64,000 nt of DNA from an uncultured virus (IMG/VR IMGVR_UViG_3300020042_013559) (IMGVR_UViG_3300020042_013559); one strand, 5' to 3'. Positions 27,400 to 37,836 are shown, counted from the stretch's first letter. The notes: generated by a model from the letters alone, not told the origin. Translations and numbers: made by a program.

Positions 27400-28293
27400 A
27401 TGGCCATATCACAAACATCCTACACTTCAATCGTAACAGCAGCTTCTGCTTATCCTGGAGCTATTCTTGTAGAAAATTTTGGCAATCATTGCAAAACCTT
27501 TATTCAAACATTATGTGGTTATACTGCAGATAATGTTTTGCGAGCCGATTCTATTTGTTCAGATGATGTGAACGGACCTGCTTATTATAATGGCAATATT
27601 GGTCAAATGCCCGCTTCTTTTAATGATTTTCAAGGACCGTTTTTTGCAGGAGGCATTGGAGGATTTCCTTTCACAGGTAGTATTGGTATGTTTGCGTGGG
27701 CATCCCACGTGCAATACGTTACGGATGGTGCACTATTGTTGTTTTCTGCTCCTCACATTGGAATAACATCAACGGGTCGTCTTGGACATATGGTGAGAAG
27801 AGGTCAATCAACCGATTCCAACACATGCGGAGCAGTAGGAGTTGCAGTTCTTAGAAACACGAACACAGCTCTATCAGGTGTGCCTCCTTTGAGTTCCGAT
27901 CCTTTTCCGTTTGCCGAGGGTGGTACCGCCACAAATACTGGCAGCGGTAACAACTATCAACAGTACATTTTAAATAAAATTCTATGGGATGATACCACTA
28001 CTAGACAATCCTTAACTGCCACCAACGTAACTTTTGATAATAAAATGAAGCTGGCGACAGAATCAATTCGTCGAGCCACTTACACACAAGCCAAATCCAA
28101 TCTGTCTGCTGCTTTTGTAACAATAAATCCTTCGCTTTCTGATTTGGTTAAAGATGTGTTTGTGGTCAATGGCACATTTATTAATGTGGATGATGGCTAT
28201 CAAGCTTATATACAAATTAATAGTTTTGAACTTTATAAAACAAAAACCAATACATTTGTAACTTATACCACACCATTTACCGCATTGTTTTAA
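27400..28293 (+). CDS. LCIB/LCIC-family beta-carbonic-anhydrase-like protein 2
   Basis: SICSDDVN; GPFFAGGIGGFPFTG; AWASH; APHIGI; RRGQ; NTCGA. Confidence 0.8.
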   Translation: MAISQTSYTSIVTAASAYPGAILVENFGNHCKTFIQTLCGYTADNVLRADSICSDDVNGPAYYNGNIGQMPASFNDFQGPFFAGGIGGFPFTGSIGMFAWASHVQYVTDGALLLFSAPHIGITSTGRLGHMVRRGQSTDSNTCGAVGVAVLRNTNTALSGVPPLSSDPFPFAEGGTATNTGSGNNYQQYILNKILWDDTTTRQSLTATNVTFDNKMKLATESIRRATYTQAKSNLSAAFVTINPSLSDLVKDVFVVNGTFINVDDGYQAYIQINSFELYKTKTNTFVTYTTPFTALF

Positions 28294-28366
28294 TCAATAA
28301 TTTAGTTTTCTACTCTTGTCTTGCGCATCTTGCACCAGTTGTTTGAATTTCATGATTATAATATAT

Positions 28367-28708
28367 TTATGTTGGCAATTCCCATATTGAATGTCTTATC
28401 AAGGTTAATGACAAATGATTTTTCCATTCAGCCATATCTTTCACTTGCTGAAAAATGCTCATATCTTTCACACCATAAGCAGGGAATTCTTGTTTAAATC
28501 CCATCCATTTGGCCCTGGTGTTCAATGCCTGTTCATATGTTATATCCTCTTCAAAAGGATAACCACTTTCCAGAAAAGCCAGTTCTTTTTTACTGCTTAA
28601 TTTGTTCCATAGATTGTTTGTTATATTTTTAAAATTTAAAACTCCTTTTTCATTTAAAAACTCCAGATATTCACTTTTGTTCATGGCATTGATGTTATTG
28701 TGTTTCAT
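28367..28708 (-). CDS. Hypothetical protein, paralog of 25914-26243
   Basis: Full-length similarity to 25914-26243. Confidence 0.7.
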   Translation of the reverse strand: MKHNNINAMNKSEYLEFLNEKGVLNFKNITNNLWNKLSSKKELAFLESGYPFEEDITYEQALNTRAKWMGFKQEFPAYGVKDMSIFQQVKDMAEWKNHLSLTLIRHSIWELPT

Positions 28709-29271
28709 TTTATTTTTTCCAAATATTCATTCAATAATTCAGGGAAATTCATGCCCAATACTGTTTTTTTAATTTTATAATATTCAATATCATACATCAT
28801 GGCCGCCTGTTTTTCATCATGGTATCGTTTACAATGATATGTTTGATCATTCATTCTTACTTTTGTCATCCACATTCCTGTTCTCTTATCAAGGCATACA
28901 CCTTTATATTTGCTGCTACAACCTTTCCGTTTATCAGTATTATCCCTGTTTTCACTAGGTGTTTTTGCATGCAAATTGGTTATAACATCATTGTCTCGTA
29001 CCTTATCCCAGTGATCAATCACCATGCCCCATTCTGGCATATTTTTATGATGAAAATAATATATGATATGACTTCTTTTCAATTGATGAAATTTGCCATT
29101 ATTATCAAAATAACTTATTTGTATTCGTCCATTTGTTGAATGTTTTACTCCAATACTTTTGCCTTTTTGTTGAAGGCTATAAACTTTACCTTCCAATGGG
29201 CGTATGTCCCATTTTTGCAACATCATGTCCGGATCAGGGAATAATTTTACTATTTTCCACATATTAAGCAA
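28705..29271 (-). CDS. HNH-AP2 homing endonuclease
   Basis: VIDH.D.VRDND.ITNL; SSKYKGV; AP2 domain. Confidence 0.8.
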   Translation of the reverse strand: MLNMWKIVKLFPDPDMMLQKWDIRPLEGKVYSLQQKGKSIGVKHSTNGRIQISYFDNNGKFHQLKRSHIIYYFHHKNMPEWGMVIDHWDKVRDNDVITNLHAKTPSENRDNTDKRKGCSSKYKGVCLDKRTGMWMTKVRMNDQTYHCKRYHDEKQAAMMYDIEYYKIKKTVLGMNFPELLNEYLEKIK

Positions 29272-29839
29272 GTTCCAGATTCAATAACAGTTGTACCATA
29301 TTATTGTTTATATCATTTGGAAAATTAAGATGGGGTCGACTATATTCTCCCCATAATTCAAAAGCTGCTTTATCATATGCCCGTGCTGCATCCTGTTCTG
29401 ATTCATAATAACCAAAACTCAGATGTTTTCCCCTGTGTTGAAGACTGGCCCGCCATTTTTTGCTTTTTTTACAGGCATAATAACATACTCCTTTGTATCT
29501 GCTGCTAGTTCCATTTTTTTTAGGCATGTTTACTTGTTGCAGATTGTGATCACTGGGTTGCAGATTATCCACCCTGTTATCATTTTTAACATGATTCACA
29601 TGATCTATTTCTTCGGGCAACCAAGCGTATTTCATGTAAAAAAGAATGTCATGAATATAATAAAGTTTGTATCTGCCATTTATTGTATTTTTTAATCCTA
29701 CTCTTAGATAACCGTCTTTGTTAGGCTTGTTTAATATGGCTCGGCCCGTTTTTTTACAATATAATATGCCATTCTTGAAATCTGCCCTGAATTTGTTTTT
29801 CAGATCATTCACACTGAACCTTCGCTGCAATACTTTCAT
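29264..29839 (-). CDS. HNH-AP2 homing endonuclease
   Basis: IDHVNHVKNDNRVDNL; SRYKGV...KWRA...AARAYD.AA. Confidence 0.88.
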   Translation of the reverse strand: MKVLQRRFSVNDLKNKFRADFKNGILYCKKTGRAILNKPNKDGYLRVGLKNTINGRYKLYYIHDILFYMKYAWLPEEIDHVNHVKNDNRVDNLQPSDHNLQQVNMPKKNGTSSRYKGVCYYACKKSKKWRASLQHRGKHLSFGYYESEQDAARAYDKAAFELWGEYSRPHLNFPNDINNNMVQLLLNLELA

Positions 29840-29930
29840 AAGGTTATATTATATTGACAGTGTTATTATTCAATTCTTTTTAATAATTTTCAGGCTAAAT
29901 AAACACCTTGAAATTTTGGTACGATTAACT

Positions 29931-30191
29931 TTATTCTGGATCGTATCCGTAATCTTTTCTGTCAGGTTCTTCGTTGTAACCTTGCATGTAAAGATCATAT
30001 AATTTATCACCTTTTTCCAATTTTATTTTTTCACCATTACCTGTTCCATCTGGATACCAATGCGGATCTGGCTCTCTTCCGTAATAAGCATCTGCACTTC
30101 CCCGGTCATAAGGACTGCCGTGGGGATGCACTTCCGACCAATTGTTGTGCAAAGCTTCTGTTACATGTTGCACTAATTTTTCAAATTTCAT
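29931..30191 (-). CDS. Late hypothetical protein
   Basis: HGSPYDRGSADAYYGR motif; TAAATA upstream. Confidence 0.65.
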   Translation of the reverse strand: MKFEKLVQHVTEALHNNWSEVHPHGSPYDRGSADAYYGREPDPHWYPDGTGNGEKIKLEKGDKLYDLYMQGYNEEPDRKDYGYDPE

Positions 30192-30225
30192 AATACTTTA
30201 TATTATTTAGCACAAACAAGCGTTG

Positions 30226-30594
30226 CTAATTTTTTGCAAAACCTCGAAACAATGTTTCTGGACGCACAATGCAAGGCACCAAATTTATAATGGTTATTTG
30301 ATGATGTTCATCATATATGCGCACCATTCCTTTATATCCTCGACTGGGCATTTGTTCCAGTGTTTCCAGTTCAATCATCATGATTTTTTGACCCACCAAA
30401 TAATGATTGATTATTTGCTCTTGTGTTTTCTCTTTGACAGGCTCATCAAACTGTTGCAGCAGTTCTTCCAGTGTGTTGGGTCCTGTTTTTAATGGAATAT
30501 TCTTTTTAAAATATTTTGAAAAGAAAGCAACAAGTTTTGAAAACATATTCCAGTTATAAACCCCAAAATAATTAAAGCAAGACCCACACTGCAA
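30226..30594 (-). CDS. Hypothetical protein (start uncertain)
   Basis: ORF track. Confidence 0.45.
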   Translation of the reverse strand: MQCGSCFNYFGVYNWNMFSKLVAFFSKYFKKNIPLKTGPNTLEELLQQFDEPVKEKTQEQIINHYLVGQKIMMIELETLEQMPSRGYKGMVRIYDEHHQITIINLVPCIVRPETLFRGFAKN

Positions 30595-30675
30595 TCATTA
30601 ACAAATGTTTTAACTGCCAAATAAAACCATTTTTTCATTTTGTATAAAATATGGCAAACACAACAGTTGGTAGGT

Positions 30676-30885
30676 TCATGATATTATTATGCCCTGCACG
30701 TCATAATTTTCATTATTTATTTCATGTTTTCCATAATACCATTCTTTGTTTGCATTTAATCTGAATTTTTCCAATCTTATTTTTGTTGCATCATTGTATC
30801 CATCCTCGTATCCGGCAATGAACACATGCATAGAATCGTCGTAAGTGCTTAATAACTTTTTTAGTTGTGCCACAGTCATGTGCAT
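30676..30885 (-). CDS. Phage hypothetical protein
   Basis: MTV.QL...L......V...GYEDG motif. Confidence 0.6.
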   Translation of the reverse strand: MHMTVAQLKKLLSTYDDSMHVFIAGYEDGYNDATKIRLEKFRLNANKEWYYGKHEINNENYDVQGIIIS

Positions 30886-31044
30886 ATGCTATCAAAAATT
30901 TTTATGCTGTCAATTTTTTTAGGGTATTTACTTTTTTTCGCGTGAATTTATTTTCGTGATGCCTGCTACTCTAAATAAAAATGTATCTGTTTTTTGTAAT
31001 CAGAAAAAAAAATCTTGATTTGCTAAAACGTATGGTACAACTGT

Positions 31045-33321
31045 ATGACTTCACAAAATATGAACAAAATTATTCAAGTGGAAAAACGGGACGGTAAGAG
31101 CGAAAAGTTCGACATGACCAAAATAGATAAGGTGATTGAATGGGCTATTAACGGCTATAGTGGTGTCAGTATGACAGACATTGAAATCAATGCAAAAATC
31201 AATATTCATGAAGGAATCAGTACCCGGGAAATACATCAATTGATTATTGAAAGTGCAGCCAATCTTATCAGCGTGGAACATCCCAATTATCAATATGTGG
31301 CAGGTCGTCTTCTCAATTATCAACTTCGCAAAGATGTTTGGGGAGGAAAACATCCTCCTCGGTTAAAAGATTTTCTTCATGTTGGTGTTAAAAAGAAAAT
31401 TTATGATCCGGCCATTTTAGAAAAATACAATGAAAAGGAAATCAACAAACTAGGAGAAGAAATTGATCATGATCGAGATTATATTTTCACATATGCTGGT
31501 ATAAAACAATTATGTGACAAATATCTCATCAAAGATCGTGTCAGTGGTGAGATTCATGAAACTCCTCAATTTGCATATATTTTGATCAGCATGACAGCAT
31601 TCATGAATTATCCTGAAGAAACACGATTGGGTTATGTGCGACGTTTTTATGATGCAATCAGCAAACATAAAATCAATCTTCCCACACCTGTCATGGCTGG
31701 TCTTCGTACCAGTTCCAAAAATTATGCCAGTTGCTGTCTTATTGGAGTGGATGATACCAAAGACAGCATCACCAGCAGCGCCACAGCAGTCAGCATGGCC
31801 ACAGCCAATCGATGCGGAATTGGAATTGATGTGAGTCGCATTCGTGCAGCAGGTTCTGGTGTCAAGAATGGCGAAGTGGTTCATACCGGTCTTATTCCTT
31901 TTCTTAAAATATATGAAGCCAGTGTGAAGGCATGGCAGCAAAATGGATTGCGAGGAGGTAGTGCCACCTGCAACATTCAATGGTGGCATTTTGAGATAGA
32001 AGACATTGTTGTTTTGAAAAACAATGCAGGTACTGATGATAATCGTGTGCGAAAACTGGACTATACAGTAGGCATGAGCAAACTGTTTTATGAGCGGGTG
32101 CGAAACAACGAGGATGTGACTCTTTTCAGTCCGCACGAAGTTCCTGAGCTTTTTGAAGCATGGGGTACTGACAATTTTGACAAGGTTTACAAGGAATGTG
32201 AAAGTCGCAGACTCAAGATTAAAAAGCGGATTAATGCTCGAAAGCTGTTTGGAACAATTGTAAAAGAACGAGTGGAAACCGGAAGAATTTATATATTAAA
32301 TGTAGACAATGCGAATGAACATGGTGCATGGCTGGACAAGATTACCATGAGCAATCTTTGCACAGAAGTTATACATCCAACCATACCCATGCGGGATTAT
32401 CATGATCCTGAAGCTGAAATTGGCATGTGCATACTCAGTGCCATCAACATGCTGGAAATCAAGAATTGGAATGAATTGGAAAAGGTATGTGATTTGACAG
32501 TTCGTTTCTTGGATGAAATAATTGATCTGCAGGATTACTTCAATATTGCTGCAAAGAATTTTGCAAGCAAACGTAGAAGTCTTGGTATTGGAATCACCAA
32601 TCTTGCTGCATTTCTGGCCAAACATGAAATGAATTATGACAGTGAAAAAGCTTTGACTCTTTTGGATGAATGGATGGAATATTTTCAATATTATCTTCTC
32701 AGCAGCAGTGTTGAGATTGCCAAAGAAAAAGGACGGTGTGAAAAATTTGATAAAACAAAATATAGCCAGGGAATTCTGCCAATAGATACATTTAAAGACA
32801 GTTTGAAAAATCTTACAAAAAGAAAGTTGAGCAATGACTGGGAAAAGCTTCGCAAACAAATCAAAGAACATGGTTTGCGACACAGCACACTCAGCAGCTG
32901 CATGCCCTGTGAAAGCAGCAGCGTCATACAATCCAGCACAAATGGTGTGGAACCTATTCGCAGTCTTATCACATATAAAATGAGCAAAATGGGTAAACTA
33001 CCAGTGCTTGTTCCAGGAATAGGAAAATATGAAAAGAATTATCAATTGGCTTATGATCTCAAAGACAATAAAGGATTATTGAATGTTAATGCAATAATCC
33101 AAAAATATATTGATATGGCCATAAGCACAAATGTTTATTATAATTACAGTCATTATGAAAATCATGTGCTTCCAGATGCGCTAGTCATGAAAGAGATCAT
33201 GTATGCTTATAGTCTGGGATTGATTAGTCTTTATTATTTAAACAGCGATGATGGAGATAAAGAACAAATGATGAATCAAAAAGAAGACAAAGATTGTAGT
33301 AGCGGAGCTTGCAAATTGTAA
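31045..33321 (+). CDS. nrdA: Ribonucleotide reductase class Ia alpha subunit
   Basis: ATP cone V.KRDG; ETPQ; ASCCL; SNLCTE; C-terminal C..GACKL. Confidence 0.97.
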   Translation: MTSQNMNKIIQVEKRDGKSEKFDMTKIDKVIEWAINGYSGVSMTDIEINAKINIHEGISTREIHQLIIESAANLISVEHPNYQYVAGRLLNYQLRKDVWGGKHPPRLKDFLHVGVKKKIYDPAILEKYNEKEINKLGEEIDHDRDYIFTYAGIKQLCDKYLIKDRVSGEIHETPQFAYILISMTAFMNYPEETRLGYVRRFYDAISKHKINLPTPVMAGLRTSSKNYASCCLIGVDDTKDSITSSATAVSMATANRCGIGIDVSRIRAAGSGVKNGEVVHTGLIPFLKIYEASVKAWQQNGLRGGSATCNIQWWHFEIEDIVVLKNNAGTDDNRVRKLDYTVGMSKLFYERVRNNEDVTLFSPHEVPELFEAWGTDNFDKVYKECESRRLKIKKRINARKLFGTIVKERVETGRIYILNVDNANEHGAWLDKITMSNLCTEVIHPTIPMRDYHDPEAEIGMCILSAINMLEIKNWNELEKVCDLTVRFLDEIIDLQDYFNIAAKNFASKRRSLGIGITNLAAFLAKHEMNYDSEKALTLLDEWMEYFQYYLLSSSVEIAKEKGRCEKFDKTKYSQGILPIDTFKDSLKNLTKRKLSNDWEKLRKQIKEHGLRHSTLSSCMPCESSSVIQSSTNGVEPIRSLITYKMSKMGKLPVLVPGIGKYEKNYQLAYDLKDNKGLLNVNAIIQKYIDMAISTNVYYNYSHYENHVLPDALVMKEIMYAYSLGLISLYYLNSDDGDKEQMMNQKEDKDCSSGACKL

Positions 33322-33344
33322 ATAATATGATATAAAACTTGCCC

Positions 33345-34409
33345 ATGAAAAGTGTTCTTAATTTAAAATGTGTCGATAGTACCAAGCAACCTTTGTTTCT
33401 TGGTGAAGATCTTAATTTACAAAGATATGACAAATTCAAATATCCTATATTCTTTGAATTGTTTAAAAAGCAAAATGAGAACTTTTGGTGGCCCCATGAA
33501 ACCACGCTTGGCAAAGACCGGGGAGATTACAAGGATCTGACTGATACTGAGCGTTTTGTTTTTGACAGCAACTTGCGTTTTCAAACACTGGGTGACAGCA
33601 TGCTTTCCCGAAGCATTCACTCATTGAAAGAATATGTAAGCAATCCTGAACTGGAAATTTGCATGAATACATGGGCTCAGTTTGAAGGAATTCATAGCTA
33701 TAGCTACAGTTATCTTTTGAACAATGTGTATCCAGATCCCACCAAGTTTTTTGACAGCATTATGGAAGACAAGGAAATTGTTGGTCGGGCTGAATTGATA
33801 CGAAATAATTTTGACAAAATTCTTGGAGATGATGAAAAGAAGGATATTAAACAGAAAATATTTGACTGCATTCTTTCTGTAAATGTGATGGAAGGTTTGG
33901 TTTTTTATGTGAGCTTTGCTTGCAGTTTTTATTTTGGTTATCGGGGTAAAATGGAAGGAAATGCAAAAATTATAAAATTCATTCAACGGGATGAAGCATT
34001 GCATTTCAGTGTTACCCAGAATCTTATCAAAATATTGCGAGATGAAGACAAAGAAGGCTTTACTAGTATTGTAAAGAAAAGTGAAGATAAGGTTTATGCA
34101 TTTTATGAACAAGCCACCAAGAATGAACAGGATTGGGCCAAATATTTGTTCAGCAAAGGAAATCTATTGGGATTGAATGAAGAAGTTATCACTGGCTACA
34201 CAAAATGGCTTTGCGATAATCGTTTGCGCAGTTTGGGATATAAAAAGATTTTTAATCAAAAAGACAATCCCTTGGCTGGATGGATGAACAGTTATATGGA
34301 CAGCAGCAAAGTGCAGGTAGCACCTCAAGAAACGGAAATAAGCAGTTATAAAATAGGGGCACGTGATACTACTCTGACCGACAAAGATTTCGACGATATT
34401 AAATTATAA
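33345..34409 (+). CDS. nrdB: Ribonucleotide reductase class Ia beta subunit
   Basis: FWWP.E; E.IHS.SY; EGLVFYVSFA; RDEALH; APQETE. Confidence 0.97.
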   Translation: MKSVLNLKCVDSTKQPLFLGEDLNLQRYDKFKYPIFFELFKKQNENFWWPHETTLGKDRGDYKDLTDTERFVFDSNLRFQTLGDSMLSRSIHSLKEYVSNPELEICMNTWAQFEGIHSYSYSYLLNNVYPDPTKFFDSIMEDKEIVGRAELIRNNFDKILGDDEKKDIKQKIFDCILSVNVMEGLVFYVSFACSFYFGYRGKMEGNAKIIKFIQRDEALHFSVTQNLIKILRDEDKEGFTSIVKKSEDKVYAFYEQATKNEQDWAKYLFSKGNLLGLNEEVITGYTKWLCDNRLRSLGYKKIFNQKDNPLAGWMNSYMDSSKVQVAPQETEISSYKIGARDTTLTDKDFDDIKL

Positions 34410-34422
34410 TATAAAATCTTTT

Positions 34423-34629
34423 TTATTTTTCGTTAAGACTTTCTTTCATTTCCCTAAAATATGTTAAAAATTTAAGTAGAGTTTTTTGTCCGTTTTCATA
34501 AGGCATTTGATAAATTGTATTTTTTATTGAATTTAAATTGGGTTGACTTTCCATCAAATATTCCAGGTGTGCTTCCAAAAGCATCAATACACCATAATCG
34601 ACTGAATCATACTCAATTGTTTTCTTCAT
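34423..34629 (-). CDS. Hypothetical protein
   Basis: ORF track. Confidence 0.5.
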   Translation of the reverse strand: MKKTIEYDSVDYGVLMLLEAHLEYLMESQPNLNSIKNTIYQMPYENGQKTLLKFLTYFREMKESLNEK

Positions 34630-34664
34630 TGTACCATCCTAATGCTTCACTGACATTTGCAAAA

Positions 34665-35177
34665 TCAAGATTTTTTTATTTTATTAAAACAGTCTTTGGG
34701 CATTTTAAACATTCGCAAAGCCCGATTATAAGCAATATATGCTTCTTTTCTGGTCATAAAACATCCCAGATGATATTTTTTCCTATTAATTTGTATTTGG
34801 GATATCCAAACACCTTTTGATTTGTGAAAATGTGCTCCTCTTTGTTTTTTTCTATTAATATTTTGTAAAGTTTTATTGGCAATTCTTAAATTTTTTAATC
34901 GATTATCAGATTTATTTCCATTAATATGATCAATCGTATAAGGTAAACGGGGAAGAAATCCATGCATCATATAAAATGCTACATGATGTGTTTGATAGTT
35001 TTGACCACAAACTTTAATGTTTGAATAACCAGAAGAATTCAATGTTTTAATAGGATACATTATTTTGTTATTAAAAAAATTACATACACGACAAATTTTC
35101 CCAGTATCAGGATTATAGAAATAATTTTTTAACAAATATTCCCGATCAATATTTTTTTCTAAACTTAGTCTTTTCAC
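34665..35177 (-). CDS. HNH-AP2 homing endonuclease
   Basis: IDHINGNKSDNRLKNLR; W...I.....YHLG.F....EA..AY. Confidence 0.88.
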   Translation of the reverse strand: MKRLSLEKNIDREYLLKNYFYNPDTGKICRVCNFFNNKIMYPIKTLNSSGYSNIKVCGQNYQTHHVAFYMMHGFLPRLPYTIDHINGNKSDNRLKNLRIANKTLQNINRKKQRGAHFHKSKGVWISQIQINRKKYHLGCFMTRKEAYIAYNRALRMFKMPKDCFNKIKKS

Positions 35178-35217
35178 AATCCTTATTGTACAGATTGTGG
35201 GTAAAAATCAATATATT

Positions 35218-36351
35218 TTAAATATGATCTGATTCGTATTTTTCCATGGATTTTACAATTTTTTGAAAACTTGGCGGAAATTTTTTATTATTTGAACGCA
35301 TGTGATATCTTGCTAAAAATGTTGTGCTGGCACTTGGACTAGAAGCTATAATGTCAATAACATTTTCTGGCAAAGGTTTATTGTGAGCTAAAATATTGTT
35401 TGCAACCAAAACCATGTTTTGGGGTGTTACCAAATCTGTGACTTTTTTATCAGGCAAATCTCCAAGTATTTTGGCATAAACACTTGCATACCTGCCTGCA
35501 TATTTTTGTCTTTCTTGTTCTTTTGCTTTTTTAACTTGACCTTTTGTAGCAGGTCCATAAACATGTTCATCCACTTTTGATTTAACAATTGCATTTTCTA
35601 ATATTTTGAAAATTTTTTGATTTATAATTCCTTTTTCCAATAACAGCGTACCATAATTGGATGCATAATTGCAATTTTTTGCTAAAGATTTTACAATTTC
35701 TAACGGAACAACATAATCATTGATTATAGTACCTTCAGCAAATGCAAAAGATGCATCAGGATCTGTTTTTATAATATCAATTATTTTTTCAGATACTTTA
35801 CCGCCATTATTAGCTATAATTTTTGCATAATTGCTAGCAGCTTCCGGACTATTTGAAAATGCATTTTCCACAAAATCTGGAACAGGTTTATTATTTTGAA
35901 CCAGAACTTTTGCATATCTTAGGGTATAGTGAGGATTGTCTAGTATTTTTGGAAGCAACTCATTCTGCAGATCATTATTTTCTAAAATGACATTTTCTGT
36001 GATATAGCTTCGCAGATTTATTCCTAATTTTGTATTACCTAATGCTTTTAAAATAATGTCAGGAACTCTGATTCCATGATCATGATAAGATTTTCCCATG
36101 TAATATGCATTTAATGGTTCTTCAATTATTTTGTTTAAAAGAATTTCAGGAACTTCCATATCTCTGTCCAAATAATCACAAGCAACATTACGAGATAAGT
36201 GTCCTCCCATTTTTTCGTCACTAACTATTCCTTGAAGAACAATTTCTGGAATAATTTTTTTATTTTTTATGAAAACTTTGGCCAAACGCACCGAAGTGTT
36301 TGGATCAGAGCTTATGGTTCCAAGAAGTTCGTCATGAAGATTATCACTCAT
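35218..36351 (-). CDS. Helical-repeat hypothetical protein
   Basis: Repeated P....YAK.....VP..I units. Confidence 0.65.
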   Translation of the reverse strand: MSDNLHDELLGTISSDPNTSVRLAKVFIKNKKIIPEIVLQGIVSDEKMGGHLSRNVACDYLDRDMEVPEILLNKIIEEPLNAYYMGKSYHDHGIRVPDIILKALGNTKLGINLRSYITENVILENNDLQNELLPKILDNPHYTLRYAKVLVQNNKPVPDFVENAFSNSPEAASNYAKIIANNGGKVSEKIIDIIKTDPDASFAFAEGTIINDYVVPLEIVKSLAKNCNYASNYGTLLLEKGIINQKIFKILENAIVKSKVDEHVYGPATKGQVKKAKEQERQKYAGRYASVYAKILGDLPDKKVTDLVTPQNMVLVANNILAHNKPLPENVIDIIASSPSASTTFLARYHMRSNNKKFPPSFQKIVKSMEKYESDHI

Positions 36352-37409
36352 TATTTTTCTTTCAGACCTGCTGTGAACAGGAACAATTTGAAAACTGATT
36401 CTGGATTTTCTTTCATGTTTTTGATGTATACGGCTTTTTCATTTTCTTTCAAATCATTGAATATGTTTTCATCAAAATCTTCTACTGTTTTGATATATTC
36501 ATTTCTTAAATTTTTATCGAATGTTTTCCATGCTTCAAAAGGAAGTGAGGTTCCCCGTTGTATGAACTCTTCTTTTTCGTTATATTTCAGACTGTTGAAT
36601 GTTTCAAGATTAAAATCATTTGCCAGATCATTGAATTTTTCAATCTTGCTTTTCTCTTCATCACTCAAAGGTTTGGCCACAAATATTTTTTTGTCAAAAG
36701 CCGGTTTAAGTTCAGGAAACACTTTTAATATTTCCTCTTGGCTTGTGTCTTTTGTTCCATGCCCCTGACTACCATTATCAGCCCATGTCCATTTATACTC
36801 ATTATAAGGAAGCACATCCAATACAATCAAATGGGAAGGATCTACGTATTGGCCATTTTGTTTTTCATCAGTACGTTTTTTAAATCTTATAAAATAAAAA
36901 CTGGATTGATCTCGCAGACGATAACTTGTGTAAAGATTTCCAGAAGATGGACGGCTTATGCAAAAACTGTAATTGCTTCCTAAACGAATACATTTGCTTT
37001 GATTGTCGCCAAGAAATATTTTTACATTACTATCTTCATAAATGGATTTTTCAGCATCAGCCACTTCATCTGGCATGGTTAATTTTACTGATTGTTGCAG
37101 TTCATCAATTTTGTGTTCAAAGTCACTGAATTTTTCAAATCGTGTTATATCCTCAATTTTGTTTTTCTTTTTAAGAGCTAAAAACTTTTTATAATATTCA
37201 TCCAATATGTCCAAATTTTGAACTTCATTGAAAAATTTTGCCAGTTTTAATGCATGACCTTTGCTGGGTGTTTTGTCCATTTCCAGCAACTTGCTGGCTA
37301 TTTTTTCATTTTTATTTTGCAATAAATTTAATACATTTTCCACACCGACCTTTTCATGCATAAGGGTATATTTTTCAAAAATAAGATATGTATCTTTATT
37401 AAAAGACAT
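36351..37409 (-). CDS. Late hypothetical protein; shares a domain with 39436-41139
   Basis: TAAATA upstream; LG.NYSFCIS...Y..Y motif. Confidence 0.7.
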   Translation of the reverse strand: MSFNKDTYLIFEKYTLMHEKVGVENVLNLLQNKNEKIASKLLEMDKTPSKGHALKLAKFFNEVQNLDILDEYYKKFLALKKKNKIEDITRFEKFSDFEHKIDELQQSVKLTMPDEVADAEKSIYEDSNVKIFLGDNQSKCIRLGSNYSFCISRPSSGNLYTSYRLRDQSSFYFIRFKKRTDEKQNGQYVDPSHLIVLDVLPYNEYKWTWADNGSQGHGTKDTSQEEILKVFPELKPAFDKKIFVAKPLSDEEKSKIEKFNDLANDFNLETFNSLKYNEKEEFIQRGTSLPFEAWKTFDKNLRNEYIKTVEDFDENIFNDLKENEKAVYIKNMKENPESVFKLFLFTAGLKEK

Positions 37410-37443
37410 GAAAGTATTTATTCATGTTTTTGTAAATAATATT

Positions 37444-37806
37444 ATGTTACAAAACGAAATTGAATTAATTTTTGAAAAATACAAATCAATGGATAATGTG
37501 TCTGATGAAGATAACATTGATGTGAAGAAGTCAGATTTGAACAAGGATGGCAAACTTAGCAGTTATGAAAAAGCTCGGGGAAAAGCCATAGACAAAGCTA
37601 CTGGTGGAGACGGAAAGCTTTCTAAATCAGAGGATTCTGAAGAAATTTCAAAAATTCCTAGTCGTAAAATCACTAGTTTTGAAAAATATAAGCTGAGTCA
37701 AGCCAAGAAATTTTTAAAAAATGCACATACTTTCAATAAAATGCTCAGTCACATGAGTGGTTTTAATGAAAAAGAAGCTCGTAAAATTGTTAAAAAATAC
37801 AGTTGA
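37444..37806 (+). CDS. Late protein with EF-hand-like DLNKDGKLSSYE motif
   Basis: TAAATA upstream; motif seen directly. Confidence 0.65.
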   Translation: MLQNEIELIFEKYKSMDNVSDEDNIDVKKSDLNKDGKLSSYEKARGKAIDKATGGDGKLSKSEDSEEISKIPSRKITSFEKYKLSQAKKFLKNAHTFNKMLSHMSGFNEKEARKIVKKYS

Positions 37807-37836
37807 ATAACCTGTTTGGTTCGATAATTAAGATAT

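Noticed and set aside
31045..34409. Introns or inteins in nrdA/nrdB
   Set aside because: Both genes are continuous and of normal length.
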